A DNA stretch of 64,000 nt, from positions 8,804,001-8,868,000 of the forward strand of contig OX597830.1 of NCBI GenBank assembly GCA_951406725.2, read 5' to 3'. The translations under genes and the position numbers were made by a program. Source of the stretch: Octopus vulgaris (taxonomy: Eukaryota). The notes under the pieces are model-generated. The model made no database searches, had not been told where the DNA came from, and worked only from the letters and a program-made list of their open reading frames with translations. This document shows positions 13,068 through 28,190 of this stretch, piece after piece (within the stretch, counting starts at the first letter, position 1; each line of letters opens with the position of its first letter).

Positions 13068-13685
13068 TAAGAAGAATATGTTAAAACAACGTCTTACATA
13101 TTTTCACTGTTCCTCTTACCGATTCAGTTTGTGTAATATAATTTCGATGGTTTTCTGTCTCTCTAAAACAGCCCCAGCTTTTGGAAATGTTTTATTTAGA
13201 ATCTAGTAACACAGACAAGAGCCGTAATAATTACTGGTACAAATGTGAATTTATAATTCATTATACATTATGATTTGTTATAAACTTATACGTTCCAAAA
13301 CAGTTGATAATACTCACGATGGTACGGGTGGCTATGTGGCTGTGAAGCTTGCTTACCAATTACGTGGTCTTGGGTTCAGTTTCACTAAGTGGCACCCTGG
13401 GCAGGTGTCTTCTTTACCCTGAGCCGAACAAAGCCTTGTAAGTGGATTTTGGAAATGAAAGCTGGAAAAAAACCCCGTGTACACACACACACACACACAC
13501 ACATATATAAGAACCAGGGATCGAGGTGTAGGAGGAAAGTTAGATTCATGCAATCACAGAGAATATTATTGTGACGGAAGCTTGTGGATTTTTTTTTTAC
13601 TGAGATACAAAAAAAATTGAAAAAAGTTTATTTTATATTTCAAGATGGCCAACCAGGCTTGCCGGGTATGCAAATAAAAATACAA

Positions 13686-13820
13686 GTGTTAAAGAATGGA
13701 GCAGATACGATCCGGGCTACATACGTTTCATAGCAGAACCCCGTAAGTGGTAATCACTTCTGAGGTTCCGCACGCTATAAAACATGGAACCCGGATCGTA
13801 TCTGCTCCATTCCTTAACAC
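13686..13820. repeat. Inverted repeat (~65-bp arms, 5-nt loop) containing a hammerhead 3' half on the minus arm
   Basis: GTGTTAAAGAATGGAGCAGATACGATCCGGG / CCCGGATCGTATCTGCTCCATTCCTTAACAC; the minus strand contains GAAAC-GTAT-GTA. Confidence 0.88.
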
Positions 13821-14022
13821 ACACACACGTATTTCGTTTTTGGATTTGGTTTGCAAGATTCTTTATGTGAGTTTGTGTTGAAGCAAAACTATTGAAAAGG
13901 TTGCAAGACGCAATGAAAATTTTAGAAAAAAAAAGGAAATAAGTGAAAATTTTACCAGTGAATGTGTTAAATTGTAAGGCACCAAAAGAGAATGACTCTC
14001 CTCAGACACAACAGAATATATA

Positions 14023-14057
<35 letters not shown>

Positions 14058-14094
14058 TGTGTGTTGTGACTAAACGCTTCCCACTGATGAAATA

Positions 14095-14475
14095 CCTATT
14101 TCTTTATTACCCACAAGGGGATAAACACAGAGAGGACATACAGTGCGTAACTGGTACTTATTTAATCGACCCCGAAAGGATGAAAGGCAAAGTCGACTTC
14201 GTCGGAATTTGAACTCAGAATATAAAGACTGACATAATACCTATTTCTTTACCACCCACAAGGGGCTAAACATAGAGTGGACAAACAAGGACAGACAAAG
14301 AGATTAAGTCGATTACATCGACCCCAATGCATAACTGGTACTTAATTTATCGATCCCGAAAAGGATGGAAGGCAAAGTCGACCTCGGCGGAATTTGAACT
14401 CAGAACTTAACGGCAGACGAAATACCGCTAAGCATTTCGCCCGGCTTGCTAACGATTCTGCCAGTTCACCGCCTT
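14095..14475 (-). mobile_element. SINE family B, tandem partial plus full copy
   Basis: Two CCCGAAAGGATG(A/G)AAGGCAAAGTCGAC cores at ~14170 and ~14355. Confidence 0.85.
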
Positions 14476-14919
14476 ATAATATTCTTGAGAAAATAACTCC
14501 TGGGATGGATTCGTTCGAGTAAGCCTTTCGTGGTGGGGTCGCAGTCTGTCCACAGTTTAATGAATGAAAGAAGTAAAAGAGATTAAAAATACGCCACATA
14601 CCTGTGGCTTATCTTCCACGTATTATCGATATCTTTCCTGAAGCTGCCTTCTTGGAATATTTCTTTCGAATGGTTACAAATATAAAAGCCAATCGCTGTG
14701 CTTTCCAGTCACAAAGGTGAGAATGGTTACCTTTGTAGTTTTCTGTTTCTTTGCAGTGATTTTGAAGGACTGAAAAGGAAAATTGCGCCAGTGGGATTTG
14801 AACTCAGGAGTGCGGCAAGACTGGACAAATGCCGCAGGACATTTTGTTCAACGATTCTACCACCTCACTGCCGGAAGGAGGCGTTAACGGTCGAAAGCGG
14901 TTGTACCATCAATTTACAC

Positions 14920-15546
14920 CAGTGCTTCTCAACCGGGGTCTATATAGCCGTTGAAGGTCCACATAAGATGTTATTAAATTTCTTTTTTTTTTATTCATTT
15001 ACTTGCTTCAGTCATTTGACTGCGGCCATGCAGGAGCACCGCCTTTAGTCGAACATATCGACACCAGGACTTATTCTTTGTGAGTCTAGTACTTATTCTA
15101 TCGGTTCCTTATTGCCGAACTGCTATATTACGGGTACGTAAACAAAACAACATCGATTGTCAAACGATTGTGGTGGGTGGGGGACAAACAGACACACACA
15201 CATAAATATATATACACACGATGGGTTACTCTCAGTTTCTGCCTACCAGATCCATTCACAAAGCTTTGGTCGGCCCGAGGCTATACTAGAAGACACTTGC
15301 CCAAGGTGTGGGACTGAACCCGGAACCATGTGGTTGGGAAGCAAGCTTCTTACCACACAGACACGCCTGCGCCTGTCCAAATAAGTGATTATGTTTCCAC
15401 AGTACACAAAACATATTAAACAATTTTTAATACAATTCCTTATTATGATTGCATTATAGGATTTTTTAAACATCGAAAGCTTAAGAAGGTCAGAGAAAAA
15501 TAGGAACCAAAAGAGTCACATCGGGGAAAATGGTTGAGAGGCACTG
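14920..15546. mobile_element. hAT (Charlie-like) MITE interrupted by a minus-strand SINE A (~14990-15376)
   Basis: TIRs CAGTGCTTCTCAACC / GGTTGAGAGGCACTG; 8-bp target-site duplication ATTTACAC/ATCTAAAC (6 of 8 match). Confidence 0.8.
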
Positions 15547-15754
15547 ATCTAAACAATAGTGGAGTTCGTTATAAGTAACAGACAGGTATGTAGAGAATAG
15601 TGTGGGTCATGTAGAGGAACCTTGGCGTGCACCACATTTTGTATCTTTTTCAGAGTGTGTGTATGAGCGCATGTGTATGATTATATATACACATACACGT
15701 ATATATATATATACTTATATATATGTATACATATATATATATATATATATATAC

Positions 15755-15787
<33 letters not shown>

Positions 15788-15800
15788 CATACATATATAT

Positions 15801-15843
<43 letters not shown>

Positions 15844-16193
15844 AATATGGAACAATTATATATATATATGTATGTATATATGTATGACGTATATATATAT
15901 ATATATACATACACACATACATATATATATATATATACATACATACATACAATATATATATATATATATATATATCTGCATGCATACATACATATACACA
16001 CACATATATTATATATATTTATGTATATATATATACATTCCTACATATGTTTATGTATGTTATATATATATATATACATACATGTGTGTGTATGTCTGTG
16101 TGACTATGCGTGTGTTTGTGGATGTACTTATGTATACGGGTACGTACGCAAACATATCCATTGGTGTGTATATAAAGTTACCCAAACACGCAC

Positions 16194-16237
<44 letters not shown>

Positions 16238-16725
16238 GCCAGTCGTTTCACCAGACAAAGTTATGTAGTGATGTGATACATAATTGTCTTCACAGTAGAA
16301 ATTCCTGTGCCCGGATGTGTGTATGTGTGTATGTGTGTATGTATATGTGTGTGTGTATCTATCTAATATACATGTGTGTGTATGCACACGTACGTAAGCT
16401 CTGGCCTTCTTTTCTACAACTCTTAGCCAGCTCATTTCAAATGTTATTTCCATTAAACATTATTGTTTGTAATACAACTACTGTTGTTATTGCTGTTGTT
16501 GTTGCTGTTGTTGTTGTTGTTGTTTGTGTGCCGCCATCTTGACAGGTAAGTAGCTGTTGTTTGTTCCATGTTTCAACATAAAGTGATATATTATTTTCTT
16601 GTCGCTCTCTTTTCCTGTTTCAAATGAAATACAAAACTTACTGCACTTCTCTTTTTCATTTCTTTTTTATACACACACACACACATATCCGTTTACCTAT
16701 TTGTTTGCTTATGTATTCATTAATT

Positions 16726-17600
<875 letters not shown>

Positions 17601-17923
17601 TTATAATTGTTGCACTTCTTTTCCTTCTTCTTCTTCTCCCCTACTGTTCCTCCTCCTCCTCCTCCCCTTCTTCTTCTTCTTCTTCTTAGTATTACTATTA
17701 TTAAAAAGTATTATTATTATTAGTAGTAGTAGTATTACTATTACCATTATATCACAATCTATGTCCAGATGCTGTTTATGTTCTTACATATTCATTCATT
17801 ATTTCCTCCATTCAAAAAGATGTTCAGTGTCGTACATATGTACACACACACACATACATATACTTACATACAATTCATGCATAAACACATGCGTATACAC
17901 AGCACACACACGATAACATGCTT

Positions 17924-17986
<63 letters not shown>

Positions 17987-18146
17987 GGCAAATGAGTGGC
18001 TGTGTGGTAAGAAGGTTGTTTCCCAGCGATATGGTTCCAGGTTCAGTCCCACTGCTTGCCACCTTGGGCAAGTGTCTCCTACTATAGTTTCAGGCCGACC
18101 AAAGCCTTGTCAGTGGATTTGGTAGTCGGAAACTGAAAGAAGCCCG

Positions 18147-18190
<44 letters not shown>

Positions 18191-18410
18191 CTCTATGAAT
18201 GTGTCTGTGTTTGTCCTCCTATCACAACTTCACAACCAGTGTTGGTGTGTTTACGTCCCCGTAATATAGCGGTTCGGTAAAAGAGCCCAATAGAATAAAT
18301 ACTAGGCTTACAAAGAATAAGTACTGGGGTCAATTTATTCGACTCAAAATTCAAGGCGGTGCCCCAGAATGACTGCAGTCTAATAAGTGAAACCGGTAAA
18401 CGATAAAAAA
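17987..18410 (+). mobile_element. SINE family A, full length with internal (TA)n
   Basis: GAGTGGCTGTGTGGTAAGAAG...GGTTCAGTCCCACTG...AAGGCGGTGCCCCAGAATGACTGCAGTC. Confidence 0.88.
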
Positions 18411-18576
18411 TAAAAGATGTCGATATACGCGTACACATATACACGCAGACATATACTGACAGAGAAGCAGGCATATACACATATAATAGATATATGCATA
18501 TATATACATATATCTATATACATATTCATATATATACACAAGAACATAGATACTTGCAAAAATATATGGACCCACT

Positions 18577-18610
<34 letters not shown>

Positions 18611-18692
18611 TGTATGTATGTATGTATGTATGTATGCATGTATGTATATGTACAGACAGATATATGTATATATCTATGCCCCCCACACACAC

Positions 18693-18743
<51 letters not shown>

Positions 18744-19077
18744 GATGTAATGAGAGAGACAGAGAGGAGACATTTACGCGTGATAGCATGTGTATCAGTG
18801 CCAATATTGTTGTTAAATAAGATATCCGCCATGTTAATTTATATGTGATGTCATTTGTTAGTCCTGTCTTCGGCGAGATAATTAGTGCAATTCTTGAAAG
18901 ACATAATTACATAATTACACGTGCCTATATGCTATATATATGATATGTATGTATACATACTGATATATATACATGTACAAAAGTGCCAGAGTAACTACTT
19001 AGGAGTGTTAAGGTTTAGAAATGTGAACAATTTTGTGTGTGAGCGTATGTACGCGCGCGCGCACACACTAACATGAA

Positions 19078-19146
<69 letters not shown>

Positions 19147-20287
19147 GTATGTATGCATGTATATATGTATGTATGTATACACGCTTTACATGAATGTACG
19201 TATATATGTGTGTGTGTGTGTGTGTGTGCTTGTGTATATATTTCTCTGTGCACCTGTGTATGTTTGTCAGTTTCTCTTTCACTGCTCGCTAGTTCAACAG
19301 CCAAACCTAAAAACTTCAGCTTTCACACAAACACAACATCTCTGTGCATTATGATATACTCACATAATTACTGTTTTTGTTTTACATAAACACTGAAGCA
19401 TGAAACTATGTGCTATGTTAGTTAAGGCTGGCTTTCGTCTTGTAAACTAAAGTCTCGTATGTACAACTGAACACAATATAGCGGAATCGAAATGTCAACT
19501 CAATTATGTGGCGAAACATGTTATACTTCTCCCAAATGATATTGTAATAATTTGTTCTTCTTAAATAACAGTTTGATTGCTTTTGCAGATGTAGATAAGA
19601 GTACGTGCGTTTTTTCTGAAATATTCACTTATTATCTTGTTTCTCTAATATATTTTAAATATGATCCCTCTCCATTTAAAATGATTTAGAATTTATATAG
19701 ATATTTTTTGCGTTCTTTTATTCGCCTGTTTTGAAATGGAGGAACATCTTGGGTATCTTCGTACCAGTAATCTTGTCCGAATGCTAGAAACTTTATCTCA
19801 GTGGACTCGGCTAAAACACAATTGATGATGTTAAACTGAGCATTGCATGAAGAGTTCCAATTTGAAACAGGGCACACTAGATTTGGTTGGATTCTGTGGT
19901 TAAAAAGGTCCCAATCGCTGCTTCCAGGATATATGTAATATTTCTCTAATGAAGAAGACAAACAATTAGTCAAGCCTAACCACATAGTGTATTTACATTA
20001 TGCTTCAATATAAAATGGTAAAAAAAAAAGGGTAAAATGCCTTAGAGGCTAAGATATTTAGGAATCGCACCAGGGCAACAAACATAGCGCCAGTGACGTC
20101 TGACGTCAGACATCATATGACATGACGTCATCTTGTTTTTTCATGTCTAATTTCAACAAATGTAGATCTCTATAGCTCTTTGACTTCTTTGTGCTCTAAT
20201 TCTCAGATACTAGACAGGAACCATGAGTACAGCAATAGCGTTTCATATATACATCCATACATGCATACATACATACATACATACATA

Positions 20288-20328
<41 letters not shown>

Positions 20329-20717
20329 CCACAGACACATATATACACTTATATATACATATAAAGGTATATATATAAATGTATGTGTGTATGTATGTGT
20401 ATATATACGAGTGTCTGTATGTGTGTGTGTATACATATGATATATAGATATATGGAGAGGTAGACACTATGGAGAGAGACAGAGAGAGAGTGAGAGAGAG
20501 AGAGAGAAAGAGAGAGAGAGAACGGTAGGGTGGCAAATATGGATGCAAGGGGACTTGAAGCTGAGCCCACATTGTGACATTCTGAATGATTGATAGGCAA
20601 AGAGGAAGTGAGATGGTCGTAGCCAGACACACAGACGTGAAGTCACACATACATACATACATACATACATACATACATACATACATACATACATACATAC
20701 ATACATACATACATACA

Positions 20718-20751
<34 letters not shown>

Positions 20752-21238
20752 CATACATACATATATACAGACAGACAGACAGACATTTTTCCGATGTGAA
20801 GAAACGCTTACTTAAACACAAAAACATATTTATCCAATTCTCTCGACCATATATCCACCCTGGATTCATTCTGGATGTCACAAATTCCGTTTAAACTTAC
20901 ATTCATCTGCACACCCACTTATATATATATACACTCTCAAACTCATATACTTACATACAGACAGATAGATTCGTACACACACACACACACACACACGCAT
21001 ATATATATATATGTACATATACATACATGTACATATGTATACACATGTATATGCATATCTATATATACATATGTGTGTATGTAATTATATATGCATATGT
21101 ATACCTATGTCCATCTATCTATCTATCTATCTACCTATCTATCTATCTTGAAACTTGCAAATAGACAGATAAACAGTCATATGGCTAGATAAATAGATAG
21201 ATAGATAGATAGATAGATGGATGGATAGATAGACTGAC

Positions 21239-21327
<89 letters not shown>

Positions 21328-21589
21328 TTTTAATAGATAAACAGTCAGACAAATAGACAGACAGACAGAGGACATATTTCCATTTCAGTGTCGCTCTTGA
21401 TGCTTCTAAACACATACTGATGCTGTACTATTCAGTCACATTTCTCCTCCTCACATCATCTATACAAGTGGTTTTCATCCATCTTTTATCCTTACCTATG
21501 GATCCCTTTGTTTCATGTCTTACTCGGGATAGACCCTCATAGCCCGTTCGATGTTTTAAAAAATTTGATTATATCTTCTAGAATTAAAT

Positions 21590-21955
21590 ATTATTAGCAC
21601 GCCGGGTGAAATGCTTGGCGGTGTTTCGTCTGCCGCTACGTTCTGAGTTCAAATTCCGCCGAGGTCGACTTTGCCTGTCATCCTTTCGGGGTCGATTAAA
21701 TAAGTACCAGTTACGCGCTGGAGTCGATATAATCGACTTAATCCGTTTGTCTGTCCTTGTTTGTCCTCTCTGTATTTAGCCCCTTGAATTTCGTCTGTCT
21801 TTACGTTGTGAGTTCAAATTCCTTCGAGGTCGACTTTGCCTTTCATCCTTTCGGGGCCGGTAAATTAAGTACCAGTTACGCACTAGGATCGATGAAATCA
21901 ACTAGTTCCCTCTCCCAAAATTTCAGACCTTGTACCTTTAGTAGAAAGAAATATT
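21590..21955 (+). mobile_element. SINE family B, two tandem units
   Basis: Cores at ~21650 and ~21820. Confidence 0.85.
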
Positions 21956-22794
21956 AGGAATTGTATGAAAAAAATTTTTTTTTATATTTTGTATAACAGA
22001 AATATAAGCAATGTATTGCACATGAATTTTAACAACAAAATCTTAGATGGACCTCCAATTACCATATGGAGCCCCAAGACTCGCATGGGCCCTGGTTGAG
22101 AACCACTGACCAACACGCTTCGACGATACACTTCTTTGGCACATATGTCTTACACACTCTTGCTACACAATTTCGCTACTCATTTAGTATACACTTATGC
22201 TACACACCATATTCTGGAAGTGCTTTATAGAAAACTCCTTCCTCTCCAAGACAAAAACTTGAGCCGAAAATGTGTGAGTTGTGTCTCTTCTCCAGTTATT
22301 TCTGTGAATTTACATGGCCCGTGATGAACGTAGAAGCAGTGATTTGCTAAATGACCTCAGAATTCCTGCAAGCAATTATGGCAACAACGCGGAGTACGCT
22401 AGAGTCCGGCAGCCTAGATTGAGCGGCACGTTAGTGTTCTTTCGCATAGGTTGGTGCCTCGAGGCACGGGCGATCTTTCTGAGCACGGATCGTAAGCCGA
22501 TTGTCTTATATATAAAATAACAGCGGAAGCGTTACCTTCTGTACTTGTGGCCGTCTATGTCTCAACTGGATTAGAGAAATCTCCGACATGTTTCTAAACT
22601 TATTCTTGGAAACGTCCATCACCTGACTGCTAACGGGTGACTGGATTGGCATCCTAGAGGCACGCTGGATTTATGCGGAAATTCAAGCTTTGCAAATCTG
22701 CTCCAAAAGTTCGAACCGTCTTACGGGTAGGCACTTGGTTTCCTGAATGGTATGGTTATCATTATTTCCATTAAAACTATTACGTGCTATTTTA

Positions 22795-22991
22795 GTTAGA
22801 AGAGATGTCACCAAAAACCTCAAGAATCTTTCTTAGGAGTCTGGCAGAATATAGGATGGTACTTTTTTGCAGGGCAACAATGCGGGTCACATTTCCAGTC
22901 TCTTTCAGTCTTTTGGGTAGCATTTTGGGTATTGTGCCAAGTGCATCAATTACTACAAGTATAACTGTCGTCTTTGTCTTCTACAATCTCT

Positions 22992-22993
<2 letters not shown>
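22795..22993 (-). pseudogene. R4/Dong-clade non-LTR retrotransposon, restriction-like endonuclease C-terminus
   Basis: Manual translation KRL*KTKTTVILVVIDALGTIPKMLPKRLKETGNVTRIVALQKSTILYSARLLRKILEV matches the VVIGALG..P....LQK..L...ARILRK pattern; the fragment abuts a (TAA)n tract. Confidence 0.8.
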
Positions 22994-23070
<77 letters not shown>

Positions 23071-23283
23071 CATTATTATTATTATTATTATCATTATTAC
23101 TTTCATTATCGTCAACATCATCTTCATCATCAACAACTGATTCCTGTTGCTGTTCCTCTCTTATAGAACCAGGATTCAAACCTTGGCACCAAAGAATGTG
23201 TTGTTACCATTTAATTGAGAACATCTTTCTGAGTTTGTGAGTTCTTCCCAGGATACTGATCTTCTGGAGTACAAGGATGTTTA

Positions 23284-23425
<142 letters not shown>

Positions 23426-23764
23426 TAATAGCTTGTTTGTAGTTACAGTGAGACGCATCGTTTTCTAAATTTGATTTTCTCTTATTTCCGATTTTAATTA
23501 AAAACTCATCGAAATGTATCTTCTTAGCAACAGAATCTAAAGTACAAAGCGATCCACCCACGCCACTCACTTAGTAAGTTACTACCACCCCTTCCACCCT
23601 ACTTACCACCCCACTTTCTATAACATTCGGCACTTCTGCCGCTACCTCCGCCCACGCAATCTGCCCACGTGATCTAATTAATAAACGTTAAATCTGCCCC
23701 AGTGCATCGTCTCGTAAGGATGAAAGATCATTTTACAGCGAATGGAAGTAGATTACATAGTCGA

Positions 23765-23983
23765 AGGCATGGTCGTGTGGGTAAGAAACTCGCCTTGCAG
23801 CCATGTGGTTTCGGGTTCCGTTCCACAGTACGGCGTCCTCTACAAGTGTCATCTACTTTAGCAACGAATCAATCAATGCCTTGTGAATGAATTTGGTAGA
23901 CGGAAACTGTATGGAAACCTTTAGGCGGAAACTGTTCGAAAGCCACTCGTATATGTATGTGTGTATGTATGTACGAATGTATG

Positions 23984-24020
<37 letters not shown>

Positions 24021-24650
24021 ACGATTGTTGTCCCACCACCACTGTTTGCCAACCAGTGTTGGTTTGTTTACGCCCCAGTAAGTTAGCAGTTCGGCAAAAG
24101 TTGTGCGATAGAACAAGTTTCATACTGGAAAATAAAATAATAAGTACTGGTTTCGATTTGTTCAAATAAAATTTTTAAGGTGGTGCCCCAGCATGGCCGC
24201 AGTTTAATGTCTGAAAAGAAATAAAACATAAAAGATAAACAATTACGTATAACATCCACATTTATTCTTTTACCTGTTTCAGTTATTTGACTGCGGCCTT
24301 GCTGGAGCACCGCCTTTAGTCGAGCAAATCGACCCCAGGACTTATTCTTTGCAAAACTGACGCTTATTCTATTGATCTGTTTTGCCAAACCACTAAGTTA
24401 AGGGAACGTAAACACACCAACATCTGTTGTCAAGCAATGTTGGGGGGACAAACACAGACACACAAACATATACACATACATACAAACATATATATATATA
24501 CATGACGGGCTTCTTTCAGTTTCCGTCTACCAAATCCACTCACAAGGCTTTGGTCGGCCCGAGGCTATAGAAGACACTTGCCCAAGGTGCCACGCAGTGG
24601 AAATGAACCATGTAGTTGGTAAGCAAGCTACTTACCACACAGCCACTCTT
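23765..24650. mobile_element. Tail-to-tail pair of SINE family A copies (+ ~23765-24230; - ~24265-24650)
   Basis: Both family A consensus blocks are visible in opposite orientation, about 35 bp apart. Confidence 0.85.
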
Positions 24651-25169
24651 GTATACCTATTTATACACACACACACAGCTGGACATAAGTCCGTTATCGA
24701 TTTAACTTTTAAGTTAACTTTCAAAATCATAATCGGACTAATTGACTTCCCTTACATTAACCTTACGTTAACCCCCAAATTTCATAAAAACCTGTAAACG
24801 TTTTAAAGTTTCTATTGTTTTCAGATTGTCTTAGCATATTTAATATTGTTCGCGTCATTCTTCCAGCCCCGATAAACGCCACTTACCATAAATAACTTGT
24901 AGGACCTCGTCTGGCCCTGCCTGGATTTGAAACCAAATCCACCCGCTTGTTACTTGCAAAGACAGCGGGACATTTCTTTATCCTGTCAAGAGGGAACATC
25001 ATTCCATAAAATTTGTATATGGGGAGAAAATATTTCTTTCTTTATTACTCACAGGGGGCTAAACATAGAGTGGCCAAACAAGGAGAGACAAACCTATATA
25101 TATATATAGGTTTGCAATTGCATCGGTTACTAATTGGTGCAGTCGAAACATATGTAGGTCTAAGTAAAG

Positions 25170-25233
<64 letters not shown>

Positions 25234-25358
25234 CTGTATATATATATAAATATATATTTATATATATATATATAAAGTTAACGCTATGCTACTTCGTAAT
25301 AATCCTTATTATTATTGTTGATACGTATAATATGCATATATGCGTGTGTGTGTGTGCA

Positions 25359-25426
<68 letters not shown>

Positions 25427-25779
25427 CGTACGTATGCATTAAGCATTAGTGTTTGCCTGTATGACTGTTTGCCAGTGACTGTATATGTTATTTACCCATC
25501 AAAGGGAAACGATGTTTTGAATGTGACTCACCTCCTTGTATAAGTATGGGTATTTTCCTGGAAATTCCTCGGTGTGAAATCGTATATGTGATGTATATAC
25601 AATGTTTGTAATTGTATACATACATACATACATACATACATACATACATACATACATACATACATACATACATAGTTACGTACGTATACACATGTGTGTG
25701 TATGTATGTTTGTACAGGGTGCGTGATCTGTTTGGGGGGATTATTTAATAATTTAATAAAACGACTCTAATCTAGCAGA

Positions 25780-25988
25780 AGTGCGAGCGTGGCTGTGTGG
25801 TAAGAAGCTTACTTCCCAAGCACACGGTTCTGGGCTCAGTCCCACTGCGTGGCACCTTGGACAAGTGCCGTCTACTACAGCCTCAGGCTGACCAAAGCCT
25901 TGTGAGTGGATTGGATAGACGGAAACTAAAAGAATCCCAGTATATATATATATATATATATATTTGTGTGTGTTTGTGTGCGCGTGTT

Positions 25989-26021
<33 letters not shown>

Positions 26022-26028
26022 GTGTGTT

Positions 26029-26067
<39 letters not shown>

Positions 26068-26096
26068 ATGTGTGTGTGTGTGTTTGTCCCCCAGCC

Positions 26097-26160
<64 letters not shown>

Positions 26161-26300
26161 GTATATATGTCGGTGTGTTTGCGTTTCCGTAACCTAGCCG
26201 TTCAGCAAAAGAAGCCGACAGAATAAGCACTAGGACTACAAAGAATAAGTCCTGGGGTAGATTTGGCCGCAGTCAAATGACTGAAACAAGTACCAGAATA
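25780..26300 (+). mobile_element. SINE family A with expanded internal microsatellites
   Basis: GCGTGGCTGTGTGGTAAGAAGCTT...TGGCCGCAGTCAAATGACTGAAACAAG. Confidence 0.85.
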
Positions 26301-26309
26301 AATAACAGA

Positions 26310-27130
26310 GAAATGCCCTCAATAAGTTTTCTGTAAGCTTATTCTACGGGCCCGCCTTCAGCTTTGATGACTGCTTCAATGCTGGACTGGATGGCCTGCG
26401 CTAAATGGCCCTTATTCGTTTTAGACATCACCTGGAATGTGGCAGCCTTCATTGAAGCTGTGACATTGTGAGGATGTTGATTAGTCTCCCTTACAACAAC
26501 ACTCTAATTGTAGTTGTCCATGGGATTTCTATCTGGTGAGTTTGAAAGCCACAATTTTGCTGTTACATGATCATAAAAATTGTCTGACATCCATACTTGG
26601 CTTATCTGGTTTTTGTGAAAAAATGTTGAGACTTGGTGAAAAACGTACAACTGTCCACTGCGAGCAACTCTCCCCAGCAACTCAGCATTTCCTGTGGAAA
26701 GATGTGAGGAGGCATACATGGTCTTCATTATTCTTAAAACTACCATAGTCGCTGGAAACATAGTTGGCATCACCTGGGTACATTTCTCCTGTTAGACTAT
26801 TGGTCTTCGTTGAAATTTTTCTCATCAGAGCGAAACCATGTTCAGAGGATTTTAAACCTTGGTACGTAAACGTTTGCACGGATCAAACTGCTTTCCTGTC
26901 TTTGCAGACATGAATTGGTCTCTCCACAGTACATATGACCCCTATCAAAATGCTCTTGTGCACTAAACTATTCTTTCTGTTCTTCACGATGCCCGTCATT
27001 GATTTTCTGGGATCCTCTTTAAAAATGCTTTAAACCAGTTTAAACATTCTTGTCTGAGACTTCCAATTCCATCTGAGCTTTGTGTAATGTCTAAATGTTT
27101 TGCAGCATTTGGAAAGTTGGTAATTTCTGG
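26310..27130 (-). pseudogene. Tc1/mariner-family transposase relic
   Basis: ORF 26504-26773 contains YVFHQV (FQQD-like) and WLSNSPDRNPMD (WPPxSPDLNPxD/E motif); frameshifted; outer limits approximate. Confidence 0.8.
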
Positions 27131-27477
27131 GAAGACTCAGGGGCAGACCTTGGAGAGAGGGGCTAAGTCATTGATTAAATTGCAAATAGCGACGAAAGGA
27201 CTTTGACAAAAATAACATCTGATTGATTGTTTAATCAACACATTAAACAAACAATCGATTAGTTTCTTGATTGGATATTTAACCAGTAAATGTCTGACAG
27301 TAAAGAAGTGATAATGAATCAGTTCGTGTATTTATTGTAAGTGGTGTAATTAACGTCCCAAGACAACGAGACACACGAATTCATACCAAGAACCTTGCAA
27401 ACCAAATACAGAAACGCAGTGCATGTATGTATGTATGTATGTATGTATGTATGTATGTATATATGTATGTATGTGCA

Positions 27478-27832
27478 GGTGCATAGCTCAGTGGTTAGGG
27501 CGTCGGGCTCACAATCATGAGGTAGTGAGTTCGAATCCCGGACCGGGCTGCGTGTTGTGTGCGTGAGCAAGACACTTCATTTCACGTTGCTTGAGCAAGA
27601 CACTTTATTTCACTCAGCTGCAGAAATGAGTTGTGACGTCACTGGTGCCAAGCTGTATCGGCCTATTTGCCTTTGCCATGGATAACATCGGTGGCGTGGA
27701 GGACAGGGGAGCCTGGTATTCATGGGTGACTGTTGGCCTTCCACAAAATATCTTGCCCAGATTTGTGCTTCGCATGGTAACTTTCTATGTGCAATCCCAT
27801 GGCCATTCATGACCGAGCGGCGTTTTTACCCT
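27478..27832 (+). mobile_element. tRNA-derived SINE, family C
   Basis: A-box TAGCTCAGTGG, B-box GAGTTCGAATCCC, then TGAGCAAGACACTTTATTTCAC..CAGCTG. Related copies near 32485, 33290(-), 37580, 43843 and 61150(-). Confidence 0.85.
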
Positions 27833-27857
27833 CGTATGTATGTATTATGTACGTATG

Positions 27858-28190
27858 TAAGGACTGTGTCAAGTCCTCATTAAAGGCCTGTAATATGCAG
27901 GAGACTGACTGGGAGAGCAATGCCCGTCATCGCTACAGATGGAGGAAGCAGGTTAAGGAAGGGGTCGACATTTTTGAGAGAGCACGTATTCTGTATGAAG
28001 AATTTAAGCGTGCTGTTCGAAAGCGCGCACTGCTGGTGTAGTGAATGGGGAAAGCTTGGTCTGCAATGTTTGCAGTCGTGTATGCTTGTCATCAGCCACC
28101 AACGGAGCCGCAAATGCAAAAGATAAATTAGTCCTAGAGCGCACAATGTTCCTGAAGGTCAGCAATGGTCTTCCTCGATTAGGAATGGAC
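27858..28190 (+). pseudogene. RTE-clade LINE 3' relic
   Basis: KDCVKSSLKACNMQETDWESNARHRYRWRKQVKEG, followed by a CNVCSRVC zinc-finger-like motif. Confidence 0.75.

Noticed and set aside
22510-22740. Short Helitron (TCTTATATATAAAA start, CCGT..ACGG hairpin)
   Set aside because: The 3' CTRR terminus is not intact and no second copy is visible in the window.
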